29,229 nucleotides of DNA. It comes from a virus. Lineage: Duplodnaviria > Caudoviricetes. The stretch is taken from positions 1-29,229 of the IMG/VR virus record IMGVR_UViG_3300026123_000021; one strand, given 5' to 3'. The position numbers and the translations under genes are program-made. Shown here one piece after another: positions 7,710-15,712 of this stretch (its first letter is position 1; each line of letters opens with the position of its first letter). A model generated the notes under the pieces. It searched no databases and had not been told where the DNA came from. It worked only from the letters and a program-made list of their open reading frames with translations.

Positions 7710-8939
7710 ATGGGTAAAACATACTTAGTTGGAAAGATAGGAAAATCAGTAAAATTTAATCCGAGTACTTGGGGGCCAATTGGCGGGGATAATGAGGCTC
7801 CTGAGTTACTTAGAAAAATTGCAGAATTAAATCCAAATGATACATTTATTATAATTGGTAGAAATGATATTGATAAGCATAGATTGGCTTTGAATTTACC
7901 AAGCAATTTACTTGATATTTATGAAGGTTCTGTTAAAGATGACAAAAAGGATTTAGACTACATTGGTAGAAAATTAAATGACAAAAAAATTGATGGATGT
8001 TTTTTATTAACTGGGCCTACTGCAAATTGTAATATACCGAACAAATCATATAAAAGAAATGAATTAAAAAAAGGCGAAAAAGTTTTCGCAAAATCATTAG
8101 AAACATTTCAGAATTATGTAGCACCAATATACCAATTTCTAAATGATTCGATGATCCCGTGGGTAATGATTGCAAACGACCCTAGATATATTTTACAAGG
8201 TAATGATTTAAAAAATCAACCAGAACTTATTTTAAGTCAATACGATGAAACTATACATATGCAGACTTTTGATAATTGGGAAGATCAAAATTATGTTAAA
8301 AATGAAATATCCGTAGTTTATGCTGGTATGGAAAAGGCATTTCTAATTGATAAAAAAATTATTAATGAAGATAAATCAATTAACTTTATGATGGTTCTTA
8401 ATGAAGGTAATAATGGTGTTAAATCAAGATATCCAATGTTAAAAGAGTATGTTTTAGATTCTATGAATGATGTTGCAATATACGGTAAATGGGATGAAAA
8501 TACTATAGGTGATGACACTAGATTTAAAGGCCCTAAAAAGTTTGAAGAATTACAGGCCGAATTACCACATGTAAAATATACATTAATTATACCAATTAAA
8601 AAAGGGTGGGTTACTGCTAAATGGGTAGAAATGATTGCTAATGGTATTATTCCGTTCTTTCATCCAACATATGATGAGCAAAAACATTGTAATGTACCTG
8701 ATTATATTAGATTATCAAATCCGCAAGAATTGTCTCAAAAGATAGAAGAATTAAATAATAACAAAGAATTGTACAATAGAATTTTAAATGAATGTTTAGC
8801 GTGTATAACTGAAGATGATTTAAATGGTACAACAATAACTAAAACAATACTTGGTAAAACACCATCAATAAATAAAACAGGAATTGAATATAATACAAAG
8901 GAATTAAATGAAAAATCAGACGGACTTGACGACTGGTAA
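7710..8939 (+). CDS. Putative GT-B DNA glycosyltransferase (T4 BGT/arabinosyltransferase-like; candidate 2)
   Basis: GGDNEAP N-terminal loop, NDPRY, IYGKW, KYTLIIPIKKGWVTAKWVEMIANGIIPFFHPTYDEQ and ELSQKIEELN, which resembles the BGT-like C-terminal domain. Ends GLDDW. Confidence 0.7.
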   Translation: MGKTYLVGKIGKSVKFNPSTWGPIGGDNEAPELLRKIAELNPNDTFIIIGRNDIDKHRLALNLPSNLLDIYEGSVKDDKKDLDYIGRKLNDKKIDGCFLLTGPTANCNIPNKSYKRNELKKGEKVFAKSLETFQNYVAPIYQFLNDSMIPWVMIANDPRYILQGNDLKNQPELILSQYDETIHMQTFDNWEDQNYVKNEISVVYAGMEKAFLIDKKIINEDKSINFMMVLNEGNNGVKSRYPMLKEYVLDSMNDVAIYGKWDENTIGDDTRFKGPKKFEELQAELPHVKYTLIIPIKKGWVTAKWVEMIANGIIPFFHPTYDEQKHCNVPDYIRLSNPQELSQKIEELNNNKELYNRILNECLACITEDDLNGTTITKTILGKTPSINKTGIEYNTKELNEKSDGLDDW

Positions 8940-10203
8940 AATAAATTGGATCGTAGCACAGCCATTAATAGGAGGAATGCCAATTGGGTTTGAAAATTCA
9001 TTCGGCAATCCACCAATGGCAATTATAACCGCTGGTTTTAGTAATGATGATCATTACATAAAGTACATGAATGACACTAGAAAATTAAACATACCAATAA
9101 TTAAAATGGATGCTTCATATGAAGTTTTTGAAACAGAAAAAGACGAAATTCTATATAACAAAATCATATCAGATGGTGTTGATGTTTTGATGCACGTTGC
9201 AGTATGTGCAGGATTATCACAATTAAATTCATGTAATACTGGTTCTAAAGCAAGAGGTTGTGCTGATAATGATCAAAATCAAAATATGTATGGATTAACT
9301 AAACTTGGTATGAAAATGGGAGCAAATGTAGTTGCTTTTGAAAATGCACCAGCTGCATATACAAACGCAGGTAAAGAAACTATAGAAAGACTTGAAGAAA
9401 TAGCGACCGAAAGAAATTATAGTACACATTTATTTAGAACAGACACATTACTTCATGGTATCCCACAATCGAGAAAAAGAACATTTATTATGTTCTATAA
9501 AAATAGTAATCCTGGTTTATTTAATTATGAACATAAACAATACACACCATTATCTGAATACTTAAAAGAAGTTAATTCATCTATGATACATTTTGAAGAA
9601 TCTGTTGCAATAGATGCCAAAGATGTTTTTTACGAATTCATATTGGATTATTCTGGTAAAAAAACATATTATGAAGCAATGCAAGAAATTGGCCCACATA
9701 AGAATACATGGACCGCATTACAATTAACTGATTATATTGGCTTTGAACACGGTATAGAATGGATGAATAAAAAGTACGAAGAAACCGGCGAAGAAAAATT
9801 TGCAAAAGGTAAAAAACTTTGCGAACATTGTAAAAAGAAAGTCGATATGGGTAAAGGATATTGGGATAGTAGTACATATTTAGCAAATAATGGTTTATAT
9901 GTTAATGCTGTAATATCTAAAAACATACATAGATCATTACACCCAACTGAAGAAAGAGGATACAATATAAGAGAATTGCTACATTTAATGGGTCACCCGC
10001 ACGACTTTGAAATGATTAATCCTAAAAAGAATTGGCAACAAATTTCTCAAAATGTACCGGTTAAAACCGCAACATTTATAGGTTCGCAAATTAAAAAATA
10101 CGTTATGGGAGAATTACCAATTAGTAGTACGACATTTGTAAAACAGGATAACATTAAACAAAGATTAGATACACAAAGTCATCCTGTACAAGAAGAATGG
10201 TAA
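8908..10203 (+). CDS. Atypical DNA (cytosine-5)-methyltransferase-family protein
   Basis: Motif I variant QPLIGG, motif IV variant AVCAGLS (Cys kept, Pro lost), motif VI FENAP, motif VIII HGIPQSRKRTF, motif IX RGYNIRELLHLMGHP.DF and motif X QISQNVPV. Confidence 0.85.
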   Translation: MKNQTDLTTGKINWIVAQPLIGGMPIGFENSFGNPPMAIITAGFSNDDHYIKYMNDTRKLNIPIIKMDASYEVFETEKDEILYNKIISDGVDVLMHVAVCAGLSQLNSCNTGSKARGCADNDQNQNMYGLTKLGMKMGANVVAFENAPAAYTNAGKETIERLEEIATERNYSTHLFRTDTLLHGIPQSRKRTFIMFYKNSNPGLFNYEHKQYTPLSEYLKEVNSSMIHFEESVAIDAKDVFYEFILDYSGKKTYYEAMQEIGPHKNTWTALQLTDYIGFEHGIEWMNKKYEETGEEKFAKGKKLCEHCKKKVDMGKGYWDSSTYLANNGLYVNAVISKNIHRSLHPTEERGYNIRELLHLMGHPHDFEMINPKKNWQQISQNVPVKTATFIGSQIKKYVMGELPISSTTFVKQDNIKQRLDTQSHPVQEEW

Positions 10204-10238
10204 ATTTATAAATTTCTTAATTTTTCTTACCAATACCA

Positions 10239-10267
10239 TTTACATTTCAATAAACTTTTGATATAAT
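10239..10267 (+). promoter_or_regulatory. Class A sigma70-type early promoter TTTACA-N17-TATAAT with extended -10 TG
   Basis: TTTACA at 10239-10244 and TGATATAAT ending at 10267. Same architecture at 11918 and 12735. Confidence 0.75.
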
Positions 10268-10294
10268 TATACTATATTAAAAAAGGAAATTATA

Positions 10295-10678
10295 ATGAGA
10301 AATCCAATTAAAGTAAAACTTGGTTATAAAAATGGTTTTTGGAATGATGAAGATGTTAATAAAGAATATACTGAAATACTTGAAGGAAGAATGCCTTACC
10401 TTGTTTTAAAAGAGTTATTAGATCTTAAAGAACAATTTCCCGGTAATGTAACTGGATTTTGTGGTAAAGATAAACTATCAAGAATGTTAATGAGATCCGA
10501 TATTGCTGACGAATTAAAGTTTGATGATTTTGGTTACCAAGTTTCTTTAGATCTGATGCTAAAAGGTCTTAAAAAAGGAAAATTAGTTCAAGGATATGTT
10601 GGTAAATCTAACTGGGCAACAGTTAAGATTACTGACTTAGGTATTGAATTTCTAAAAAATAATGTGATTGAAGGATAA
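10295..10678 (+). CDS. Hypothetical protein (possible winged-helix C-terminus)
   Basis: Promoter and AAGGA RBS. The C-terminal 'LKKGKLV...VKITDLGIEFL' is wHTH-like. Confidence 0.7.
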   Translation: MRNPIKVKLGYKNGFWNDEDVNKEYTEILEGRMPYLVLKELLDLKEQFPGNVTGFCGKDKLSRMLMRSDIADELKFDDFGYQVSLDLMLKGLKKGKLVQGYVGKSNWATVKITDLGIEFLKNNVIEG

Positions 10679-10843
10679 ATGATGACAACTATATATGCAT
10701 ATAACAAAAAAGGTTTACAACTTTTATGGAAAAAAGTTTATTCAGATTATGGTAATGCAGAAGATACATTAAAAGCTATCTACAAAACTTATGGCAAAAA
10801 CCAATGGGAATCTAAATGTAAAGAATTTGGGTTTTATATTTAA
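10679..10843 (+). CDS. Hypothetical protein, 54 aa (below the ORF-track cutoff)
   Basis: Manual translation MMTTIYAYNKKGLQLLWKKVYSDYG...KEFGFYI*. AAGGA RBS. Fills the gap exactly. Confidence 0.7.
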   Translation: MMTTIYAYNKKGLQLLWKKVYSDYGNAEDTLKAIYKTYGKNQWESKCKEFGFYI

Positions 10844-10854
10844 AGGAGAGAAAG

Positions 10855-10983
10855 ATGAAATTTATTAATTTTTTTATAGAGAAATCAAATACATGCCCGG
10901 CATGTGGAGAATGGTCTGATGTATATGACATCGGTAATGATAAATATGAATGCGGAAATTGTGGCAAGAAATGGAAATTTTAA
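10855..10983 (+). CDS. 42-aa zinc-ribbon protein (below the ORF-track cutoff)
   Basis: MKFINFFIEKSNTCPACGEWSDVYDIGNDKYECGNCGKKWKF*, with CxxC...CxxC. AAGGAG RBS. TAATG overlap with the next ORF. Confidence 0.7.
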   Translation: MKFINFFIEKSNTCPACGEWSDVYDIGNDKYECGNCGKKWKF

Positions 10984-11414
10984 TGGAAGATAGAAGAGAA
11001 CACCTTGGAAGATTAGGTGAAGAATTAGTAGCAAAGGTACTTAATGGCACACTATCACATGAAAAGTACGATGGTGAAAAAGATATGGTACTTGGTGATG
11101 GTACATACGTTGAGGTTAAAACACAAGTAAGATGGAAAATTCCTAATTGTTTTACTATTGATGAGACTGTAACAAATAATAATATAAACAAATGTTTAAA
11201 TGTTGATAGATTGATTTTTGTTGAACCAGGATTGAATAATGAAATAAGAATATTTGAAGCTGTTGATAGAAAATATTCAATCAAAAAACCAAGAGGTAAA
11301 AAAACTTATTGTTTTGGTATTGATGACATGAAATTAATAGCTACAGTAACTAATAAAGGTCTTTGTGAAGAAATGATATCATTATCTAAAACTGATAGAT
11401 CATGGCTAATTTAA
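10983..11414 (+). CDS. PD-(D/E)XK-family endonuclease-like protein
   Basis: G.LGEELVA...EKDMVL....VEVKTQ gives the E...D...ExK pattern. The start is probably ATG 10983 (coupled to the upstream stop) rather than 10950. Confidence 0.65.
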   Translation: MEDRREHLGRLGEELVAKVLNGTLSHEKYDGEKDMVLGDGTYVEVKTQVRWKIPNCFTIDETVTNNNINKCLNVDRLIFVEPGLNNEIRIFEAVDRKYSIKKPRGKKTYCFGIDDMKLIATVTNKGLCEEMISLSKTDRSWLI

Positions 11415-11461
11415 TTAACTACTAATATGATATAATAAAATATAAAATTAAAAGGATAGAT

Positions 11462-11896
11462 ATGGCAAACATTAAAGAATTTCAAGAAGTAAGAGATTGG
11501 AAAGCAATCAGAGGTATTGGTGGTAATGAGGATATGTCTTTAGATAAAAGATTACAATCTCAGTATCAAAGAGTAGCACAGGAATGTAATGAAATCCATG
11601 AAGCAATTGTACTAGAAGACTGGGATGAATTTGAAGATGCAATTGGTGATACTATTGTAACATTAATTAATATTGCGGATATCAAAGGTGTTAAAGCAGA
11701 AGACTGTTTAGCAAAAGCATTTAATGTAATTAAACTTAGAAAAGGTTTAACAAGACCAACTGGTGACTTTGTAAGATATGGTAAGTTAGCCGATGAAGAT
11801 AAATTAATATGTGATGAAAAACAAGGTAATGCAAATAATCAATATTTTGATGAAAATATTATTGATACATTAAACCCAGACAATTTTAAGAAATAA
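11462..11896 (+). CDS. MazG-like all-alpha NTP pyrophosphohydrolase
   Basis: QECNEIHEAI...EFEDAIGDTIVTLI...EDCL..AFNVIKLRKG matches the ExxE...DxxxD MazG-like pattern. Confidence 0.8.
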   Translation: MANIKEFQEVRDWKAIRGIGGNEDMSLDKRLQSQYQRVAQECNEIHEAIVLEDWDEFEDAIGDTIVTLINIADIKGVKAEDCLAKAFNVIKLRKGLTRPTGDFVRYGKLADEDKLICDEKQGNANNQYFDENIIDTLNPDNFKK

Positions 11897-11917
11897 TTAA
11901 AATCCTTCATAAAACTA

Positions 11918-11946
11918 TTTACATTCCTTTTTATATTTGATATAAT
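11918..11946 (+). promoter_or_regulatory. Class A promoter TTTACA-N17-TATAAT
   Basis: TTTACA at 11918-11923 and TGATATAAT ending at 11946. Confidence 0.75.
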
Positions 11947-11975
11947 TATACTATATTAAAACAAAAGGAATTTAA

Positions 11976-12173
11976 ATGTTATCTACGAACTTTTCAGAAA
12001 TAGTAAATAAATTTGATACAATCGTATCTGTAACTAATCATTCAACTAAACCAATTGTAGCAGTAACTGGATATATTAATGGAGAACTTAAAGGTGAAAA
12101 ATTTGAGTATAAACATTACGAAGTTATGCAAGAAGTATCTAAAAAAGTATCTTACTTCATAGGAGTTAAATAA
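11976..12173 (+). CDS. Hypothetical protein
   Basis: Promoter and AAGGA RBS upstream. Confidence 0.7.
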   Translation: MLSTNFSEIVNKFDTIVSVTNHSTKPIVAVTGYINGELKGEKFEYKHYEVMQEVSKKVSYFIGVK

Positions 12174-12388
12174 TGAATATTTTTGAAAAAGCTTGGGATA
12201 TATGGAAAATGGTTGTTATAGGTGCAGGTTTACTTAGTTTAGGTATGTTATGGGTAGTATTTCCAGTTATGGTATTTACATCAATAATTGAAAATAATAT
12301 GATAATGTTAGTAATATCATTGGTTATATCATTTTTACAATTTAAAGCTATGTATGATATCAATAAAGAAGATAATGAAAGGAATTAA
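12173..12388 (+). CDS. Small two-TM membrane protein
   Basis: Two hydrophobic stretches. AGGAG RBS and TAATG coupling. Confidence 0.7.
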   Translation: MNIFEKAWDIWKMVVIGAGLLSLGMLWVVFPVMVFTSIIENNMIMLVISLVISFLQFKAMYDINKEDNERN

Positions 12389-12390
12389 TT

Positions 12391-12708
12391 ATGGCAACAA
12401 GAGGAACAATTTTTACATTACACAATGATGAGTATGTTGGTATTTACAATCATTATGATAGTTACCCAGAAGATTTAGGCAAAGTACTAAAAGAAAATTA
12501 TACAAATATTAATATTGTAAAAAGATTGATTTTTAATGGTGATTCTTCATATATTGTTCAAACTATCGAAGATTCTAAATTTTATTCTAGTGCTGGTGAA
12601 CCAGCAAGAGTATCACGTGCATCTTCAATAAAAGAGTTCGTTGATTTATATGGGCAGGATTATAATTACTTTTTTAACACTGAAACAAATGAATGGGAAA
12701 TTTATTAA
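12391..12708 (+). CDS. Conserved phage hypothetical protein (MxTR...YxHxDxYP family)
   Basis: MATRG...IYNHYDSYPEDLG..L.ENY...LI.NGDSS...QDYNYFF is a pattern common in phage early genes. Function unknown. Confidence 0.75.
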   Translation: MATRGTIFTLHNDEYVGIYNHYDSYPEDLGKVLKENYTNINIVKRLIFNGDSSYIVQTIEDSKFYSSAGEPARVSRASSIKEFVDLYGQDYNYFFNTETNEWEIY

Positions 12709-12734
12709 TTTCTTCATATTTTATGTACTTTCTA

Positions 12735-12763
12735 TTTACATTCAAATAAAAAAATGATATAAT
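12735..12763 (+). promoter_or_regulatory. Class A promoter TTTACA-N17-TATAAT
   Basis: TTTACA at 12735-12740 and TGATATAAT ending at 12763. Confidence 0.75.
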
Positions 12764-12792
12764 ATAATATATAAAAAATAAAAGGAAACAAT

Positions 12793-13074
12793 ATGAAATT
12801 CTATACTGCAACTGGAAGTAAAATGAAAAAAGGTCAAAACGGATTTAAAATGATGAGATATATTTTATCTAATGAAGGTGCTACTAAGTATGAATGTTTA
12901 ACTGAAGCTTTAGGAAAATCTGGTTCTAAAAAATCTTTAAGAGGTTATTATTCATGTTACTTCAAAGGATGGATTAATTCTGGTGTTGTTACATACGATA
13001 AATCAACATACAAATATCATGCAACTGCAAAAGGTGCTCATTATTTTTTAGAAGCTTCAATGAAAGAAGATTAA
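12793..13074 (+). CDS. Basic hypothetical protein (possible winged helix)
   Basis: Own promoter and RBS. Pattern 'GVVTYDKSTYKYHATAKG'. Confidence 0.7.
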   Translation: MKFYTATGSKMKKGQNGFKMMRYILSNEGATKYECLTEALGKSGSKKSLRGYYSCYFKGWINSGVVTYDKSTYKYHATAKGAHYFLEASMKED

Positions 13075-13117
13075 TAAATTATTTGATATAATAAAACTAT
13101 AAATCAAAAGGAAAGAA

Positions 13118-14050
13118 ATGAAAAAAATTGACATGACTAAATCAGTTTGGTATGAAAGATATAAACCAAGTCATATACAAGATTTAGTTATCCCGGAAGA
13201 AATTAAATCAAAACTACAATTATATGTTAATAAACAAGATATTCCTGCTTTAGGACTATTTAGCAATTTACCTGGTACTGGTAAAAGTTCAACTGCACAT
13301 GCAATTATTAAAGAAATTGGTGGAGAAGCTTTATGGATTAATGCATCTATGGAAAAAGGTATTGATGTACTTAGAGGTAAAGTTGCTAAATTTGCTTCAC
13401 AATCAAGTTTTGATGATAATATTAAAATTGTGGTTATGGACGAGTTTGATCATTTCTCAAAAGATGGTCAGGCTGCATTTAGGGGTTTTATTGATGAGTT
13501 CAATCAAAACTGTAGATTTATTTTTACTGGTAATTATAAAGAAAAAATAATTGAACCATTATTAGACAGATTAGAAATTTATGACTTTAATTCTTTTTCT
13601 AAAGAAGAAATGGTTAAACCTATTTTTGAAAGACTAAGATGGATTTTAGATAATGAAAATATTCAGTATGATCCTAAATCATTGGTGCCGGTAATCAATA
13701 CGTTTTATCCTAAAATAAGATCTATGATTGGTGCATTACAAAAATTTAGTGCAGACAGTTCATTTAAAGTTTCTGAACATGATTTAGATGATGTAAATGT
13801 TTTTGATAATGTTATGAATTTATTAACACCATCAACATATACTGATTTGATTAATGAAGTAAACAAATTAAATGGCCCAGATAACATGTATTCATATCTT
13901 TATAAAAATGCTGGTAAATATTTTAAATCAGAAAACTATCCCAATGTCGTTTTGATTATTGCTAAATATCAACATATGTCAGATTCAGTAAGAGATAAAA
14001 ATTTAAACTTATCTGCATGTTTAACAGAATTATTAAAATTGAGAGGATAA
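13118..14050 (+). CDS. gp44: Sliding-clamp loader ATPase subunit (T4 gp44 / RFC small subunit-like)
   Basis: WYERYKP, Walker A PGTGKSS, INAS..GIDVLR, Walker B VVMDEFD, Q.AFRGFIDEF..NCRFIFTGN...IIEPL..R. Confidence 0.92.
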   Translation: MKKIDMTKSVWYERYKPSHIQDLVIPEEIKSKLQLYVNKQDIPALGLFSNLPGTGKSSTAHAIIKEIGGEALWINASMEKGIDVLRGKVAKFASQSSFDDNIKIVVMDEFDHFSKDGQAAFRGFIDEFNQNCRFIFTGNYKEKIIEPLLDRLEIYDFNSFSKEEMVKPIFERLRWILDNENIQYDPKSLVPVINTFYPKIRSMIGALQKFSADSSFKVSEHDLDDVNVFDNVMNLLTPSTYTDLINEVNKLNGPDNMYSYLYKNAGKYFKSENYPNVVLIIAKYQHMSDSVRDKNLNLSACLTELLKLRG

Positions 14051-14052
14051 AA

Positions 14053-14265
14053 ATGGAATATATAATTATATATGTAATAGGTATTGCTATAACATTACTT
14101 GTTAATGCGTTTATAGCTGGTTATAACGGCAATAATATAACATTAAATGACTTCAGTGATGCTGTTATATGGCCAATTTCGTTGACCGTTTTAATAGGTT
14201 TATTAATTAGATTAGTCGTTGAAAAAAATAAAAAACAATTAAAGGACGAAAATGGAAAACAATAA
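14053..14265 (+). CDS. Small membrane protein
   Basis: Start moved to ATG 14053 (GAGGA RBS). Two TM segments with WP motif. Confidence 0.65.
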   Translation: MEYIIIYVIGIAITLLVNAFIAGYNGNNITLNDFSDAVIWPISLTVLIGLLIRLVVEKNKKQLKDENGKQ

Positions 14266-15439
14266 TATAAGATTAAATATTGGACATTCGCTCGATGAAC
14301 TTGGTGTAGATGAAGCAATTTCTACATATAGAGACGCATTGGAGGGATACGTTTATTCAATCAATGATGTTAGTTTTACCAGTGACGAATTTAAAAAGAT
14401 TATTGGTGAATTAAAAGAAATCTTTCCAGATCTATCAACATATGATTATTCTAGAGGAAACAATAATTTATTTAAAAAATTTACATCTAATTCTTTTAAA
14501 GGTTATGTAAGAGGAAATTCTATAGATTTATATGGTTCTTTTTATTTTAAAACTGAAGAAGACTGTTTGGCTGCTTGGGAAATTTATATTAAGCATTCAA
14601 AAGAAGAAAATGAAGTTGAAATGTTTACATATTCTTATTCAATGAATAACGGTTCATTACAAGAAACAGTAAAAGTATTTAAAAAAGAAGAACTTGATTA
14701 TATTTCACATTTATATTATCCTTATTTAGATGTAGACGTGATGTTAGACCAATTCTTTACAGGTTCTGAAAATATTTTATTATTAGTTGGAGAACCAGGG
14801 TTAGGTAAATCTAAATTAAGTACTATGGCACTTAAATATGCAATTAACAATCCTGATAAAATCCCATACGATAAAATAAAACAAAACCCATCTTTAGAAA
14901 ACCAATTTATTAATACAGTTTTTGTAAAAAGTACCGAAGTTCTTGCAAACGATTCTTTTTGGAGAACATTAGAAAAAAATTCACCTGATTTTTGTATTAT
15001 TGATGACTTAGATTATATGTTAACTAAAAGAGATGCTGAAGTAATGAGTTCAGATGATGCTATTAAAAATTCATTTTTGAACCAATTTTTGAGTTACACT
15101 GATGGTGTTGAAAAAAATAAAACTAAATTTATCATAACTACTAATCAATCATATGAAGATATTGATAGTGCTTTATTAAGAAAAGGTAGATTATTTGATA
15201 TTCTTGAATTAAGAGAATTAGATAAACATGAAGGTTTAATTATATGGAAAGATAATAATTTAGATGAACAAATTTTCCATGAATTGTTCAATACACATGA
15301 AATATTACCGGCTGAACTTGGTTCCGAAATAAACAAAAGATTAAATAAAAGAATTGATAAATCAACATCTACATATTTAAAAGAAGATGGTATTTCTAAA
15401 GTTCAAAAAGCAGGAAGAAAAAAGAAAATAGGATTATGA
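14252..15439 (+). CDS. AAA+ ATPase (classical clade) with an uncharacterised N-terminal domain
   Basis: Walker A GEPGLGKS, Walker B IIDDLD, FL.Y.DG, ITTN and SRH-like IDSALLRKGRLFD. Confidence 0.85.
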   Translation: MENNNIRLNIGHSLDELGVDEAISTYRDALEGYVYSINDVSFTSDEFKKIIGELKEIFPDLSTYDYSRGNNNLFKKFTSNSFKGYVRGNSIDLYGSFYFKTEEDCLAAWEIYIKHSKEENEVEMFTYSYSMNNGSLQETVKVFKKEELDYISHLYYPYLDVDVMLDQFFTGSENILLLVGEPGLGKSKLSTMALKYAINNPDKIPYDKIKQNPSLENQFINTVFVKSTEVLANDSFWRTLEKNSPDFCIIDDLDYMLTKRDAEVMSSDDAIKNSFLNQFLSYTDGVEKNKTKFIITTNQSYEDIDSALLRKGRLFDILELRELDKHEGLIIWKDNNLDEQIFHELFNTHEILPAELGSEINKRLNKRIDKSTSTYLKEDGISKVQKAGRKKKIGL

Positions 15440-15440
15440 C

Positions 15441-15656
15441 ATGAGAAGATTAACTAACATAGATGATGTTAAAAGAAAAATAAAAAGATTAAAAGAAAAA
15501 TTAACAGTATATAATTTAGAAAATAACCCAGAAGAAAACTATTCTTTCTGGGGTGCACATTCGATAGGATATATTCAAGGCCAAATATATTTACTTGAAG
15601 AATTATTAGAAGATTTAGAAGACGGTGAAGATGCCAACAACAATGTAGATATTTAA
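15441..15656 (+). CDS. Hypothetical protein
   Basis: AGGA RBS. Closely packed after the ATPase. Confidence 0.65.
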   Translation: MRRLTNIDDVKRKIKRLKEKLTVYNLENNPEENYSFWGAHSIGYIQGQIYLLEELLEDLEDGEDANNNVDI

Positions 15657-15712
15657 TAATATTTTAACATTTTATTTGATATAATAAACTTATATTTAAA
15701 CAAAGGATAGAC

